A DNA stretch of 64,000 nucleotides from Dehalococcoidia bacterium (lineage in GTDB: Bacteria > Chloroflexota > Dehalococcoidia > Bin125). Every line of letters begins with the position of its first letter. Positions within the stretch are counted from its first letter, which is position 1. Below the pieces are notes generated by a model. It was not told the origin of the DNA. It did not search any database and saw nothing but the letters and a program-made list of their open reading frames with translations. The position numbers were made by a program, and so were the translations under genes. The stretch spans positions 96,001-160,000 of the forward strand of contig CAXXNO010000006.1 of assembly GCA_963663235.2 (NCBI GenBank). The letters run 5' to 3'. Of this stretch, positions 41,791-51,808 are shown one piece after another.

Positions 41791-42585
41791 CTAGTCCATC
41801 TCGATCCCACCGTCGACGTTCAGCGACTGGCCCGTGATGTTGCGCGCGTCGTCCGACGCCAGGAACGCCACGGCCTTGCCGATGTCTTCCGGCGTCTGCT
41901 CCCGCCCCAGCCGCGAGAGACCCTGCACCATTTGGTGGAAGAACTTCCGCTCTTCCACCACTTCGGCGCTGGGCTCGCCCTGGTACAACCCTTCCATCTG
42001 CCGCCACATGTCGGTCCACAACAGGCCCGGACAGACGGCGTTGACGTTGATGTTACTCCGCGCCAATTCTAGGGCCAGCGCCTGCGTCAGGTTGATAGCC
42101 GCCGCCTTCGACGCGCTGTAGTTCGGGAACCGCGACACGCCCTTCCGCCCCGCCACCGAGGCGATGTTGACGATCTTCCCCTCGCCGCGCTCCTGGAAGT
42201 GTGGGATCACCGCCCGCGACATGATCCACACGCCCTTGACGTTCACCTCGTAGCACAGGTCCCAGTCCTCGATCTCGATCTCCTCCGGCCGGATGTGCTG
42301 GCCGAAGACGCCCGCGTTGTTCACTAGCACGTCGACCCGCCCGTACTCTTCGATCGCCTTCGCGACGCAGCCTTCCGCCGATGCGACGTTCGTCACGTCC
42401 AGCTCCACCACCGCTGCCCGCCGCCCCGCGGCTTGCACCGCCGCCACCGTCTCGTCTGCCTGCGACGTGTCGATGTCCCCCACCACGATGTCCGCGCCCT
42501 CGTGCGCCAGCGCCACGGCGATGCCCCGCCCGATCCCGCGCGCGCTGCCCGTCACGATCGCGACACTGCCTTCGAGTCGCCCCAT
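41791..42585 (-). CDS. Short-chain dehydrogenase/reductase
   Basis: TGSARGIG, NNAG, YSASK, ITGQSLNVDGG. Confidence 0.93.
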   Translation of the reverse strand: MGRLEGSVAIVTGSARGIGRGIAVALAHEGADIVVGDIDTSQADETVAAVQAAGRRAAVVELDVTNVASAEGCVAKAIEEYGRVDVLVNNAGVFGQHIRPEEIEIEDWDLCYEVNVKGVWIMSRAVIPHFQERGEGKIVNIASVAGRKGVSRFPNYSASKAAAINLTQALALELARSNINVNAVCPGLLWTDMWRQMEGLYQGEPSAEVVEERKFFHQMVQGLSRLGREQTPEDIGKAVAFLASDDARNITGQSLNVDGGIEMD

Positions 42586-42669
42586 GGCCCGCTCCTCTCG
42601 CCGCCGGAGGATAGCAGGGCCCGCGAGTCGCAGCGCCCCCTGGGATCCACGAGTCGGCCGATGGAACCA

Positions 42670-42730
42670 GGCCAATACAAACGGGCCAATGAGAAACGGG
42701 CCAATGAGAAACGGGCCAATGAGAAACGGG
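42670..42730 (+). repeat. 15-bp tandem repeat GGGCCAATGAGAAAC, three copies plus a degenerate one
   Basis: Read directly from the sequence. Confidence 0.9.
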
Positions 42731-42785
42731 AAAGTCGCGCGGGCAGTCGCCGCTCTCGGCGCCTGACCCACGCACAGGCCTGGCG

Positions 42786-45340
42786 TCAGGGGAGGCAGTC
42801 CCCGAACACTCGCAGCTCCGCCACGCTGATGAAGTCCGCCGTGCCGCCCGGCGCGCCGATGATCCGGATGCCGTCTCCGCTGATCGGGTCGAATGTCAGG
42901 TTGAACGCTTCGTAGGAGACCCCGTTGTCGGCCGCCGGGTAAGCCGGTGTGATCGTCAGCCCTGTCACTTCCACCCAGACGCCGCCCTGACGCACCTCCA
43001 CCGTCAGCGTGTTGAACCAGCCACCATTGATGAAGTGCAGCCCTTCTTGGAAGAACACCTCGCTCCACTCGTGCGCTGAATCGAACGCGTAGCCGATCCA
43101 GCCCTCGCTGGCGGCGTTGACGCCATCGAACGTGTCGTACCCCAGCAGCAGCTCCAGGCTGCCGGCCGGCGGCAGCACGCCGTCGCGGATGACGTTGATG
43201 TCCGGGTTCGACACCCCTGTGGGCGCCGTCACCTGCGCGATGATCTCCCCGCCGGTCGCGCTCAGGTCGACCCCGCAGCTGATCGGCGTCAGTGCCTGGG
43301 GGAGCGGCAGCGGCGGTGGAGGCGGCGGTGGGAGCGGGGGCGGCTCCTCGCAGTCCCCAAAGACCCGTAGTTCCCCCACCGTGATGAAGTCCGTCGTGCC
43401 GCCCGGCGCGCCGATGATCCGGATGCCGTCTCCGCTGATCCGGTCGAACGTCAGGTTGAACGCCTCGTAGGAGACCCCGTTGTCGCTGAACGGGTAGGCC
43501 GCAGTCTCCGAAGACCCGCAGCTCCCCCCGGAGATGAAGTCGGCCGACCCCCCGGGCGCGCCGATGATCCGGATCCCATCCCCGGCGTGAGGCGGCGGCG
43601 GGGGCAACTCCCCGCAGTCTCCGAAGACCCGCAGCTCGGAGATGAAGTCGGCCGACCCCCCGGGCGCGCCGATGATCCGGATCCCATCCCCGCTGATCGG
43701 CTCGAACGCCAGCAGGAACGCTTCGTGACCGTCAAGCCTGTCACCGCCACCCAGACCCCGCCCTGGCGCACCTGCACCGTCAGCGTGTCGAACCATCCCC
43801 CGTCGCCAAAGTGCAGCCCTTCTTGGAACAGCACTTCCTCCCACTCGTGCTCCGACCCGAACTCGTACCCGATCCAGTCCTCGCTGGACACGTTGACGCC
43901 GTCGAACGTGTCGTAGTTCCGCAGCGGGTCCAAGTTGCCCGTGGGCGGCAGGTCGCCGTCCCGGATCACGCCGATGCCCGGGCTGGACACGCCCGTCGGC
44001 GCCGTCACCAACGCGATGATCCCGCCCTCGGTGGTCAGGTCGGTGTCGCAACTCGCTGTCGGCGGCGGCACGATCGGCGGCGGCAAAAGAGGCTCTTCCG
44101 GATCGGAAGGCGGATCGGGATCGGGAGGATCGGGAGGATCGGGCGGGCTGTCGCAGTCCCCAAAGACCAGCAACTCCCCCACGGAGATGAAGTCGGCCGA
44201 CCCCCCGGGCTCGCCGAACAGCCGGATCCCATCCCCGACGATCGGATCGAACGTCAGCACGAACGCTTCGTAGGAGATGAAGCCGTTGTTCTCTGAGTGG
44301 TACCGCGGCGTGATTGCGAAGTCGCCGACGTCCACCCAGACCCCGCCCTGGCGCACCTCCACCGTCAGCTTGGTGAACCAGCCGCCGTTGGGGAAATGCT
44401 TCCCCTCCTGGAACAGCACCGCCTCCCACGAATACGCCGACGAATAGACGTACCCGATCCAGTCTTCGCCGGATCGATTGCTGCCGTCGAAGGTGTCGTA
44501 GTGGCGCGACGCGTCCCGGTTCCCGACCAGCGGCATGTCCCCGTCGCGGATCACTCCCAGGTCGCGGCTTCCGGCGCCCGTCGGGTCCGTCACCCGCGCG
44601 ATGATGTCCCCGCGGCCGCTGAGATCGCGGCACTCCGGAAGCGCGGGCAGGCGCGGCATCCGGCAGTCCGCGTATACCCACAACTCCGCCACCGAGATGA
44701 ACGCGGCTGAGCCGCCCGGCCGCCCCACCAGTCGGATGCCGCTGCCGTCGATCGGGTCGAACCGCAGCGTGTAGCGATCGAAGGAGCGGCCGTCGTTGCG
44801 AAACGGGTACTCCGGCGTGATCGAGAGCCCCGTCACGTCCACCCAGTCGTCGCCCTGGCGCACCTCCACGATCAGCGATTCGAACCACCCGCCGTTGCCG
44901 TAGTGCCGCCCTTCTTGGAAGAGGATCATCTCCCAGGTAGGCGAGAAGTCGAACGCGTAACCGATCCAGTCGAAATCGACACCGTTGACGCCGTCGTACG
45001 TGTCGTACTGCCGCAGCGGGTCCGTGCTCCCGGGCGACGGCCGCCTCCCGTCGCGGATCACTTCGATGTCCGGGTTGCCGATCCCCGTCGGCGACATCAC
45101 TCGCGCGATCGGCTCGCCGCTACGCGTCAGGTGCTCGCACACCCGGCCCTGCTCGGGGGCCGCGTACACCGGCTCCGCCCTCGATAGAACGGCCGCCATG
45201 ACGAGCGCGAGCCCGATGAGCGCCAGCAGTGGCAGCGCCGGCGGTGGCAGCGCCGGCGCTGCGTCGCCTATCCGTCGCGGAGGACGGCAACGTGCACGCA
45301 TCCCGTGCAGCGCCCAAGACACGCCTTGTTGCACGCGCAT
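42786..45340 (-). pseudogene. Secreted protein with four ~150-aa beta-rich repeats and Pro linkers; scrambled and frameshifted at about 43500-43740
   Basis: Signal-like LLALIGLALVMAA; repeats IRDG..YDTFDG..DWIGY..FQEG.HF..GGWF..DGIRI.G.PGG..DFISV.EL.VFGDC; start uncertain. Confidence 0.75.
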
Positions 45341-45511
45341 TTCCTAAAACTCGCCGAGGAAACATCGTACCAGCGCGCCGTAGGCCGTCAATCGTCACTC
45401 ACTCTCGCTGCGTGTTGGCGACTGGCGGACGCGCATCTCCGCGACGAATTACAGGCGATGGTCTGCCGACTTTCGTCGCACGGCCTCGTTAACTTTTCTC
45501 AATGCCCGACC

Positions 45512-45745
45512 CCGTTGTCGACGCACCACCCTCTTGCGCGGCGCAGCCGCGCCAAACGACACCATGACCTCCAACGCCCTACGCCCCCGTCAGCCGCACC
45601 CGATCCCCCACCCCGGCGCCGTTGTCGGCGAACCACCCTCCTGCGCGGCGCAGCCGCGCCAAACGACACCGTCACCTCCAACGCCCTACGCCCCGGTCAG
45701 CCGCACCCGATCCCCCACCTCGACGCCGTTGTCGACGAACCATCC
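45512..45745 (-). repeat. 107-bp tandem repeat, about 2.2 copies, made of the DUF192 gene 3' end plus downstream DNA
   Basis: CCGTTGTCG recurs at 45512, 45619 and 45726. Confidence 0.88.
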
Positions 45746-46405
45746 TTGGTTAACCTCTAACGCCCAGCGATACGCCGCGCCTGGGCTGTGCAGCTCTCTC
45801 GTCAACGGCTCCATGTCCTGGATGTCGATGATCACGCCGTCTCGGTCGATGAACGCGATCGACAGCGGCACCAGCGTGTTCTCCATCCAGAACCCGCCCC
45901 TCGTGTCCGCCGCGAACAGGAACAGCATCCCCGCGTCCGCCCCCAGCGACTCCCGGAACATCAGCCCCCGCGCCCGCTCCCCCGCCGTGTCCGCCAGCTC
46001 GACTCGCACGATCCGCACCGCGCCCGACGCCGTCTCCACCGCCAGCAGCGCCTCGGCCTCGGCCCGCGCGGGCTGCGCCCACGTCACCTCTCGATCGGCT
46101 CGCAGCCAGTACGCTTCGCCGGGCTCAAGTTCCTCCAGCGTCGCGAGCGACGGCGCCGCGCGGAACCAGCTCTCCCACCCCTGCGACGCCGCCTCCCAGT
46201 GCCACACCGCGTCCACCGCCTCCGCCGCCGCCCCCAGCGCCTCCTCGACCGGCAACCGCTCGCCCGCGTACACCACGTTGTTCCACCCCGCGCGGAGCGT
46301 CACGTCGGCCGATTGCGCCTCCGCCTGCGGCGCGAGCAATCCCGCCCCCACGAGCAGGCTCGCCAGCACACCCAGCACCCCAGCCGCCGGCAGATTCATA
46401 AGCAC
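45686..46405 (-). CDS. Secreted DUF192 protein with an N-terminal surface module
   Basis: ARGLMFRE, GMLF, FWMENTLVPLSIAF, ALEVNQGWF. Confidence 0.88.
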   Translation of the reverse strand: MLMNLPAAGVLGVLASLLVGAGLLAPQAEAQSADVTLRAGWNNVVYAGERLPVEEALGAAAEAVDAVWHWEAASQGWESWFRAAPSLATLEELEPGEAYWLRADREVTWAQPARAEAEALLAVETASGAVRIVRVELADTAGERARGLMFRESLGADAGMLFLFAADTRGGFWMENTLVPLSIAFIDRDGVIIDIQDMEPLTRELHSPGAAYRWALEVNQGWFVDNGVEVGDRVRLTGA

Positions 46406-46445
46406 AGCCTACGGCAGGCCACCGCCCGCCACCCCCGTTCGCTCT

Positions 46446-46885
46446 GCCTGCCCTGAGCCTGCCGAAGGGCCAAAGGTGGGGCGGGGGAGTGAGGCCCCTT
46501 CTCCCGCCCCGTTCGTCCTGAGCGAAGCCTGTCCTGAGCTTGTCGGAGGGTCGAAGGAGAACGGGGCAGCCCTGTGATCCTTCCCCCTCTTCCCCCTCTT
46601 CCCCCTCTTCCCCCTCTTCCCCCTCTCCATCCTTCCCTCCCGGGAAGGATGGAGAGGGCCTGTCCTGAGCGAGCCGCAGGCGAGTCGAAGGGGGCCGCGG
46701 TCAGGTCTACCCCCACACCCTCCGCCGCGCACAATTGCCGCTGCCCACCCCCGACGCCCCACTCGCGATGGAATAAAAACCCCCTCGCCATCGCTTGCCG
46801 ATGGAGAGGGGGCCAGGGGGTGAGGTTTCCCCTTCCCTGCCCTGAGCCTCCCCTGAGCCAGCCGCGGGCGAGTCGAAGGGGGCCG
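46446..46885. repeat. Mosaic REP-like array including a 9-bp tandem CCCCTCTTC
   Basis: Modules shared with 48404-49120 in a different order. Confidence 0.9.
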
Positions 46886-46905
46886 GGACTGAGGTCAGCG
46901 CCGGA

Positions 46906-48297
46906 TCAATTCGCCGGCTGGAAGAGCGGGTTTCCGCCCACGACGAACGCCTGCTCTGCCGAGATGTCGGTGGCGTCCGTGTCGTGGAACATGAAGTTCA
47001 TGCCGTCGGGGCACTCGTCCGCTTCCACGATGCCATCGCCGTTGGTGTCGAAATCGATAGAGCACTCCGGCGTGTCGCCGATGACGTCGAATGCCCCACC
47101 GTCGGACTCGCTGGTGTGGAACAACCCCAGCAGATGCCCTGCCTCGTGCCAGGCGGTCGTCGCGTTCTGGGCCAGGGTGAAATCCTCCGCGTTCGCCGTG
47201 ACGACGACACACGAGGTGCTGCTGTCCTCCAGGACGGTGGCGCCGGGAATCCCGGCCGCGTTGCCGAGCGTCGTGCCGAACGGGTCGTCGGGATCGACCA
47301 CGCGATCGATGATCACGAAGTGCAGGCTGCGGTCTTGTCCGAACGTGTCCGACATCGCCTGGCAGAGCTGGCGTTGTGACGTGTCGATGCCGTTCGTCGG
47401 CAGCTGGAGGTCCCCGAACTCGGCGGTGATTTCCGCGGGCGCATCAATGAAGCGCACGGTCCCGATGCCGAGATCGAAGGGACCGAAAATATCGTCGGCG
47501 CGCTCGCGGAAGATCGTTTCGATGTTCGCGCGGCCCGCCTCGTCGGCGACTTCGTCGCTTGAGGTGGCCACCCAGAACGTGACATCCAGGACCTGCGCGG
47601 CCCCGGCCGCATCCCCCTTAACGATGGCCTGCGCCGTCGTCGCGACGTCGGCTTCCACCGTGACCGTGTACTCGCCGGGCGTGAGCGCCGCTTCGCCGTT
47701 CAACGGCGCCAGGACGGAGCCCTCACCGAAGTTCTGCAGCGGCTCAATGAGCGCATCCAGCAGGGAGCCGCCGTCCGGTCCAGTGACGTCCACGATGGTG
47801 ACCAAATCGTCGATGCCCGGCGCCTGCGCGACGAAGAGGAACGACGTTTCGCCTTCCTGCACCGTGACGGTCACCGTGCCGCCGCCGGCAGGGATGGCGC
47901 CGAGGTCGGCGAAGCGCAGGTCACCGCCGTCCGCTTCTGGCGGCGGCGGTGCTTTCCCGTCCAGGGCGATCTCCTGCGAACCCTCGGAGACGACCCAGAG
48001 CACGTCGCCGTCCGACAGTGCAAAGTCCACGACACCAAGGAGGGGGACGAAAGACGTCCAGTTGACGGCCAAGGGGTCGAACAGCCAGGCGATCTTCACC
48101 GTGCCGAACACGTCACTGGCGCTGAAGCCGGGACCGAAGGTCCAGAAGAGGAACTGTCCACCGTCGCTAAGAGAGATGGTGTCGCCGGGCTCCTGCGCCT
48201 CGACGTCGGATCGGGCAGGCAGGGCCCCGAGGAGGGAGATCGTGAGGATGAGGAGGACGAGGAGTTGGACGGCGCGGGCGCGGCGGATCCTGGGCAT
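46906..48297 (-). CDS. Secreted metzincin zinc metalloprotease (M43-like)
   Basis: Signal peptide; HEAGHLLGLFHT; DTP; NFM Met-turn. Confidence 0.8.
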   Translation of the reverse strand: MPRIRRARAVQLLVLLILTISLLGALPARSDVEAQEPGDTISLSDGGQFLFWTFGPGFSASDVFGTVKIAWLFDPLAVNWTSFVPLLGVVDFALSDGDVLWVVSEGSQEIALDGKAPPPPEADGGDLRFADLGAIPAGGGTVTVTVQEGETSFLFVAQAPGIDDLVTIVDVTGPDGGSLLDALIEPLQNFGEGSVLAPLNGEAALTPGEYTVTVEADVATTAQAIVKGDAAGAAQVLDVTFWVATSSDEVADEAGRANIETIFRERADDIFGPFDLGIGTVRFIDAPAEITAEFGDLQLPTNGIDTSQRQLCQAMSDTFGQDRSLHFVIIDRVVDPDDPFGTTLGNAAGIPGATVLEDSSTSCVVVTANAEDFTLAQNATTAWHEAGHLLGLFHTSESDGGAFDVIGDTPECSIDFDTNGDGIVEADECPDGMNFMFHDTDATDISAEQAFVVGGNPLFQPAN

Positions 48298-48403
48298 GGA
48301 CGACTCCGTCTGTTGGGCTGGCCTTGAGCGATCGGCGGTCAGTCTAGTAGGGCGGGGCCATCGACAACACCGACGCCGAGCGCACCACCTGTACCGGCCC
48401 AGA

Positions 48404-49120
48404 ACGGGCCGCGGTCAGGTCTACCCTCCCGCACCCTCCGCCGCGCACAACTGCCGCTGCGCCGTCCCCCACGCCCCACTCGCGATGGAATAAAACCCCC
48501 TCGCCGTCGCTTGCCGATGGAGAGAGCCTGTCCTGAGCGAGCCGCAGGCGAGTCGAAGGGAGCCTGCCGCCCTGAGCCTGTCGAAGGGTCAAAGGTGGGA
48601 CGGGGGAGTGAGGCCCCCTCTCCCGCCCCGTTCGTCCTGAGCGAAGTCGAAGGAGAACGGGGCAGCCCTGTGATCCTTCCCCCTCTCCTCCCGCTCTCCA
48701 TCCTTCCCAGGAGGGAAGGATGGAGAGCGCCTGCCAGGAGCGAGCCACAGGCGAGTCGAAGGAGGGCCAGGGGGCGCTTGCGCCCTTCGCACAGCGGAAG
48801 GGTGAGGTCTCCCCTCCCCGTCCTGTGCTCATCGAACGGGCCGCGGTCAGGTCTACCCCCCCCCCACCTTCCGCCGCGCACAACTGCCGCTGCGCCGCCC
48901 CCCACGCCCCGCTCGCGATGGAATAAAACCCCCTCGCCATCGCTTGCCGATGGAGAGAGCCTGTCCTGAGCGAGCCGCAGGCGAGTCGAAGGAAGGCCAG
49001 GGGGCGCTTCCGCCCTTCGCACAGCGGAAGGGTGAGGTCTCCCCTTTCCCTCTCGTTCCTCCCCTCTCCATCCTTCCCAGGAGGGAAGGATGGAGAGGGG
49101 GCCAGGGGGTGAGGTTCCCT
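48404..49120. repeat. Largest mosaic REP-like array
   Basis: Internally repeated modules, e.g. GAACGGGCCGCGGTCAGGTCTAC and CGCGATGGAATAAAACCCC twice each. Confidence 0.92.
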
Positions 49121-49182
49121 CGCCTTGCGACGCTCGACTCCCAGCGCTACCTTCCGCCCGCAGTCTCCAGGAGTGCCACCCC

Positions 49183-50235
49183 ATGAAATTTGGCGTCCTC
49201 TTCGACTTCCGCAACCCCGCCCCGCCGCTCGGCTCCGGCCGCTCGACCCCGGATCTCTACGCCACCATCCTCGACCAGGTGCAGCAGGCCGAAGACCTCG
49301 GCTACGACGACGTCTGGCTCACCGAGCACCACTTCCTCGACGACGGCTACCTCCCCTCTCTCGCTCCGATGGCCGCCGCCATCGCCGCTCGCACTTCGCG
49401 CGTCACGATCGGCTTCTTCGTGCTGCTGATGCCCTTCCACCACCCCATCCGCCTCGCCGAAGACCTCGCCGTCGTCGACAACCTCAGCAACGGCCGCCTC
49501 CTCTTCGGCCTCGGCGTGGGCTATCGCTACCCGGAGTTCACGGCCTTCGGCATCGACCGCAAGTTCCGCGGCTCCATTACCGATGAAGCCGTCCAGATCA
49601 TGATCAAGTGCTGGGAGGAAGAGGAGTTCTCCTTCCACGGCAAGCACTTCAACTTCGAGGGCGTCCGCTGCACCCCCAAGCCCGTCCAGAAGCCCCACAT
49701 CCCCGTCTGGTTCGGCGCGACGCAAGGCGAGGCCCTCAAACGCGCCGCCCGTCTCGGCGACGGCCTCCTCCACACCATCGCCGCCCCCACCGATGCCCCC
49801 CTCAAGTTCGCCCAGCACCTCAAGGAGTACGGCAAGGACTGGCGCAACCCCCACGTCCTCTCCATGGCCTTCCTCCACACCACCAACGACCCCCAGTGCG
49901 ACTGGGACGCCCTCAAGCCCCACGCCCTCTACCACGCCCAGGGCTACGCCACCTGGTACGCCCAGGACGAGAACTGGCAGGAGGGCACCAGCGCCGCCAA
50001 CTTCGGCGGCGACTACCCCCGCGACTACGCCACCCTCGAGCGCCTTGGCCACTACACCGTCGGCACGCCCGACCAGATCATCGCCAAAGTCAAAGAGGTC
50101 TACGCCCAAGCGCCCTTCGAGCGCTTCCTCTTCCCCGCCCTGCTTCCCGGCGCCGATCCCGCCCTCTCCGCCCGCTCCCTGGAGCTCTTCGCCACGGAGT
50201 GCATCCCCGCTCTCCGCGACCTCGACGCCAAGTAG
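49183..50235 (+). CDS. LLM-class (luciferase-like) flavin-dependent oxidoreductase
   Basis: AEDLGYDDVWLTEHH, HPIRLAED, LSNGRL, PKPVQKPHIPVW. Confidence 0.92.
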   Translation: MKFGVLFDFRNPAPPLGSGRSTPDLYATILDQVQQAEDLGYDDVWLTEHHFLDDGYLPSLAPMAAAIAARTSRVTIGFFVLLMPFHHPIRLAEDLAVVDNLSNGRLLFGLGVGYRYPEFTAFGIDRKFRGSITDEAVQIMIKCWEEEEFSFHGKHFNFEGVRCTPKPVQKPHIPVWFGATQGEALKRAARLGDGLLHTIAAPTDAPLKFAQHLKEYGKDWRNPHVLSMAFLHTTNDPQCDWDALKPHALYHAQGYATWYAQDENWQEGTSAANFGGDYPRDYATLERLGHYTVGTPDQIIAKVKEVYAQAPFERFLFPALLPGADPALSARSLELFATECIPALRDLDAK

Positions 50236-50237
50236 CC

Positions 50238-50322
50238 TTCTTCTCCCCCTCTCCATCGCTTGTGACGGAGAGGGGGCCAGGGGGCGCTTGCGCCCTTCGC
50301 ACAGCAGAAGGGTGAGGTTTCC
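50238..50322. repeat. REP-like element between convergent genes
   Basis: CCCCCTCTCC...GGAGAGGGGG hairpin plus GGGGCGCTTGCGCCCTTCGCACAGC module. Confidence 0.85.
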
Positions 50323-50323
50323 T

Positions 50324-50680
50324 TTACTCCTCCACTCCGTAAACGCTGGCCTCCAGCCGTTCCTCCGACGCATGCCCTACGAACTCCACCCGACTCTCGA
50401 TCCGCCGCACCCACCGCACGCTGTCGTCCGGCCAGAACCCCTCCGCCGTCAGCGCGTCCAACACCCGCTTGATGCGAAAGTTGTCCAGGTCGCGCGGGTA
50501 CTGCGTCGGCAGCGCGAACCACCCCGCCTCGATCTCGTACCACTCGTACGACTTCCGCGGCAGCCGGCGCACCAGCTCCGCCTGCACGCACCCGCGCACC
50601 TTCTCGTCCCACGGCTGGTTCGCCGCACCCAGCTTCTCCGTGTGCACTCCCGGCACGACGATCCGCAGCACTTCCTCCAC
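50324..50680 (-). CDS. RusA-like Holliday junction resolvase fold protein
   Basis: RDLDN...K..LDAL...GFWPDDS.V. Confidence 0.65.
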   Translation of the reverse strand: MEEVLRIVVPGVHTEKLGAANQPWDEKVRGCVQAELVRRLPRKSYEWYEIEAGWFALPTQYPRDLDNFRIKRVLDALTAEGFWPDDSVRWVRRIESRVEFVGHASEERLEASVYGVEE

Positions 50681-50687
50681 GCCGCCC

Positions 50688-51080
50688 TCACGCCTCCGCG
50701 ATGCAATCGATCTCGATGTCGAACTCCCACGGCCACGACCCCACCGTCACGAACGTCCGCGCCGGCGGCTGCTCGCCGAAGTACCGCTCGTACACCGCGT
50801 TCACCGTCGGGTAGTACGCCGAGTTCGAGATGTACACCGTCGCCTTCACCACCTTCTCCAGCGACGATCCTGCCGCCTCCAGCGCCGCCTTCACGTTCTC
50901 CAGCGCCAGCTCCGTCTGCCTCACGATGTCCGCCAGCGGGATCTTCCCCGACGCCGGATCGATCGGCGGCATCCCCGACACGAACACAAAGCCACCCGCC
51001 TTCACCACCGGCGACAGCGGCACCTTCGCCGCCTCGATCGCCTCCGACACCCCCGCCACCCGGAACGTCTCCTTCGTCAT
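50688..51080 (-). CDS. RidA/YjgF family protein
   Basis: VFVSG, LENVKAALEAAGSSL, PPART, IEIDCIA. Confidence 0.9.
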   Translation of the reverse strand: MTKETFRVAGVSEAIEAAKVPLSPVVKAGGFVFVSGMPPIDPASGKIPLADIVRQTELALENVKAALEAAGSSLEKVVKATVYISNSAYYPTVNAVYERYFGEQPPARTFVTVGSWPWEFDIEIDCIAEA

Positions 51081-51115
51081 CGTCCTGCCTTTCTCTTCTC
51101 CCGCGCGCGCGACCC

Positions 51116-51598
51116 CTACGCGATGAACGGCTCCTTGACCCACCCACTCTCGTACGGCGTCATGTAGAAGATCTCGGTCCGTACGTGCCGGAACCGCCAG
51201 CGACCGTCCCGCTTCATGTAGTCGTCGTCGTACGTCGCCGCCAGCCACACCGCGCGACCGTCCACCGTCAGCGTCTCGAACGTGTACCAGTGCCCCGTCG
51301 CCTCCTCGCCCGAGGCCCCGATCTCGATCGTCGGCCCCATCAGGTAGTGCAGACTGAACGTCACCGACTCCGACACTTGCGCGAAGAACTGCCGGATCGC
51401 CTCCTTGCCTTCCATCCGCCCGTGGTAGTTCGCCTCCCACACCGCGTCGTCCGTGAACTGCGCCAGCAGCCCCGCCTGCGGGAACGGCCGCTCGCCCCCG
51501 ATCCCCGCGTCGATGTACCGCCCGTACCCGTTCTTCAGCGCACAGATCGCCTCGATCTCCTCCAGCCGCCGCACCCGCTCCCTCAGCGTCGCCATCAT
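51116..51598 (-). CDS. SnoaL-like / NTF2 family protein
   Basis: RRLEEIEAI..LK..Y, FTDDAVW, YDDDY, GRWRF. Confidence 0.85.
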   Translation of the reverse strand: MMATLRERVRRLEEIEAICALKNGYGRYIDAGIGGERPFPQAGLLAQFTDDAVWEANYHGRMEGKEAIRQFFAQVSESVTFSLHYLMGPTIEIGASGEEATGHWYTFETLTVDGRAVWLAATYDDDYMKRDGRWRFRHVRTEIFYMTPYESGWVKEPFIA

Positions 51599-51808
51599 TC
51601 CCTCCTAGCCGAGCACTCCGCGCCGTCACCTACTCGATCGCCTCTAGCTGCGCTCGCTGGCTAGCCCGATCAAGGTAGGATCCCTCTAAAGTTCAACTCG
51701 ACCAACTCTGCTCCACTCGGAGATCAGATGACCTATCCCAGAGATTTCATTTCACCTTCTAACTTCGACCTTGCATTAACCCGCTTGCTCCGAGGGCAAA
51801 ACTCCGAC

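Noticed and set aside
51620-51808. Low-GC stretch beside IS copy 2 as an ncRNA
   Set aside because: No convincing structure; reads more like a gene tail truncated by the IS (SKLEGEMKSLG* on the minus strand).
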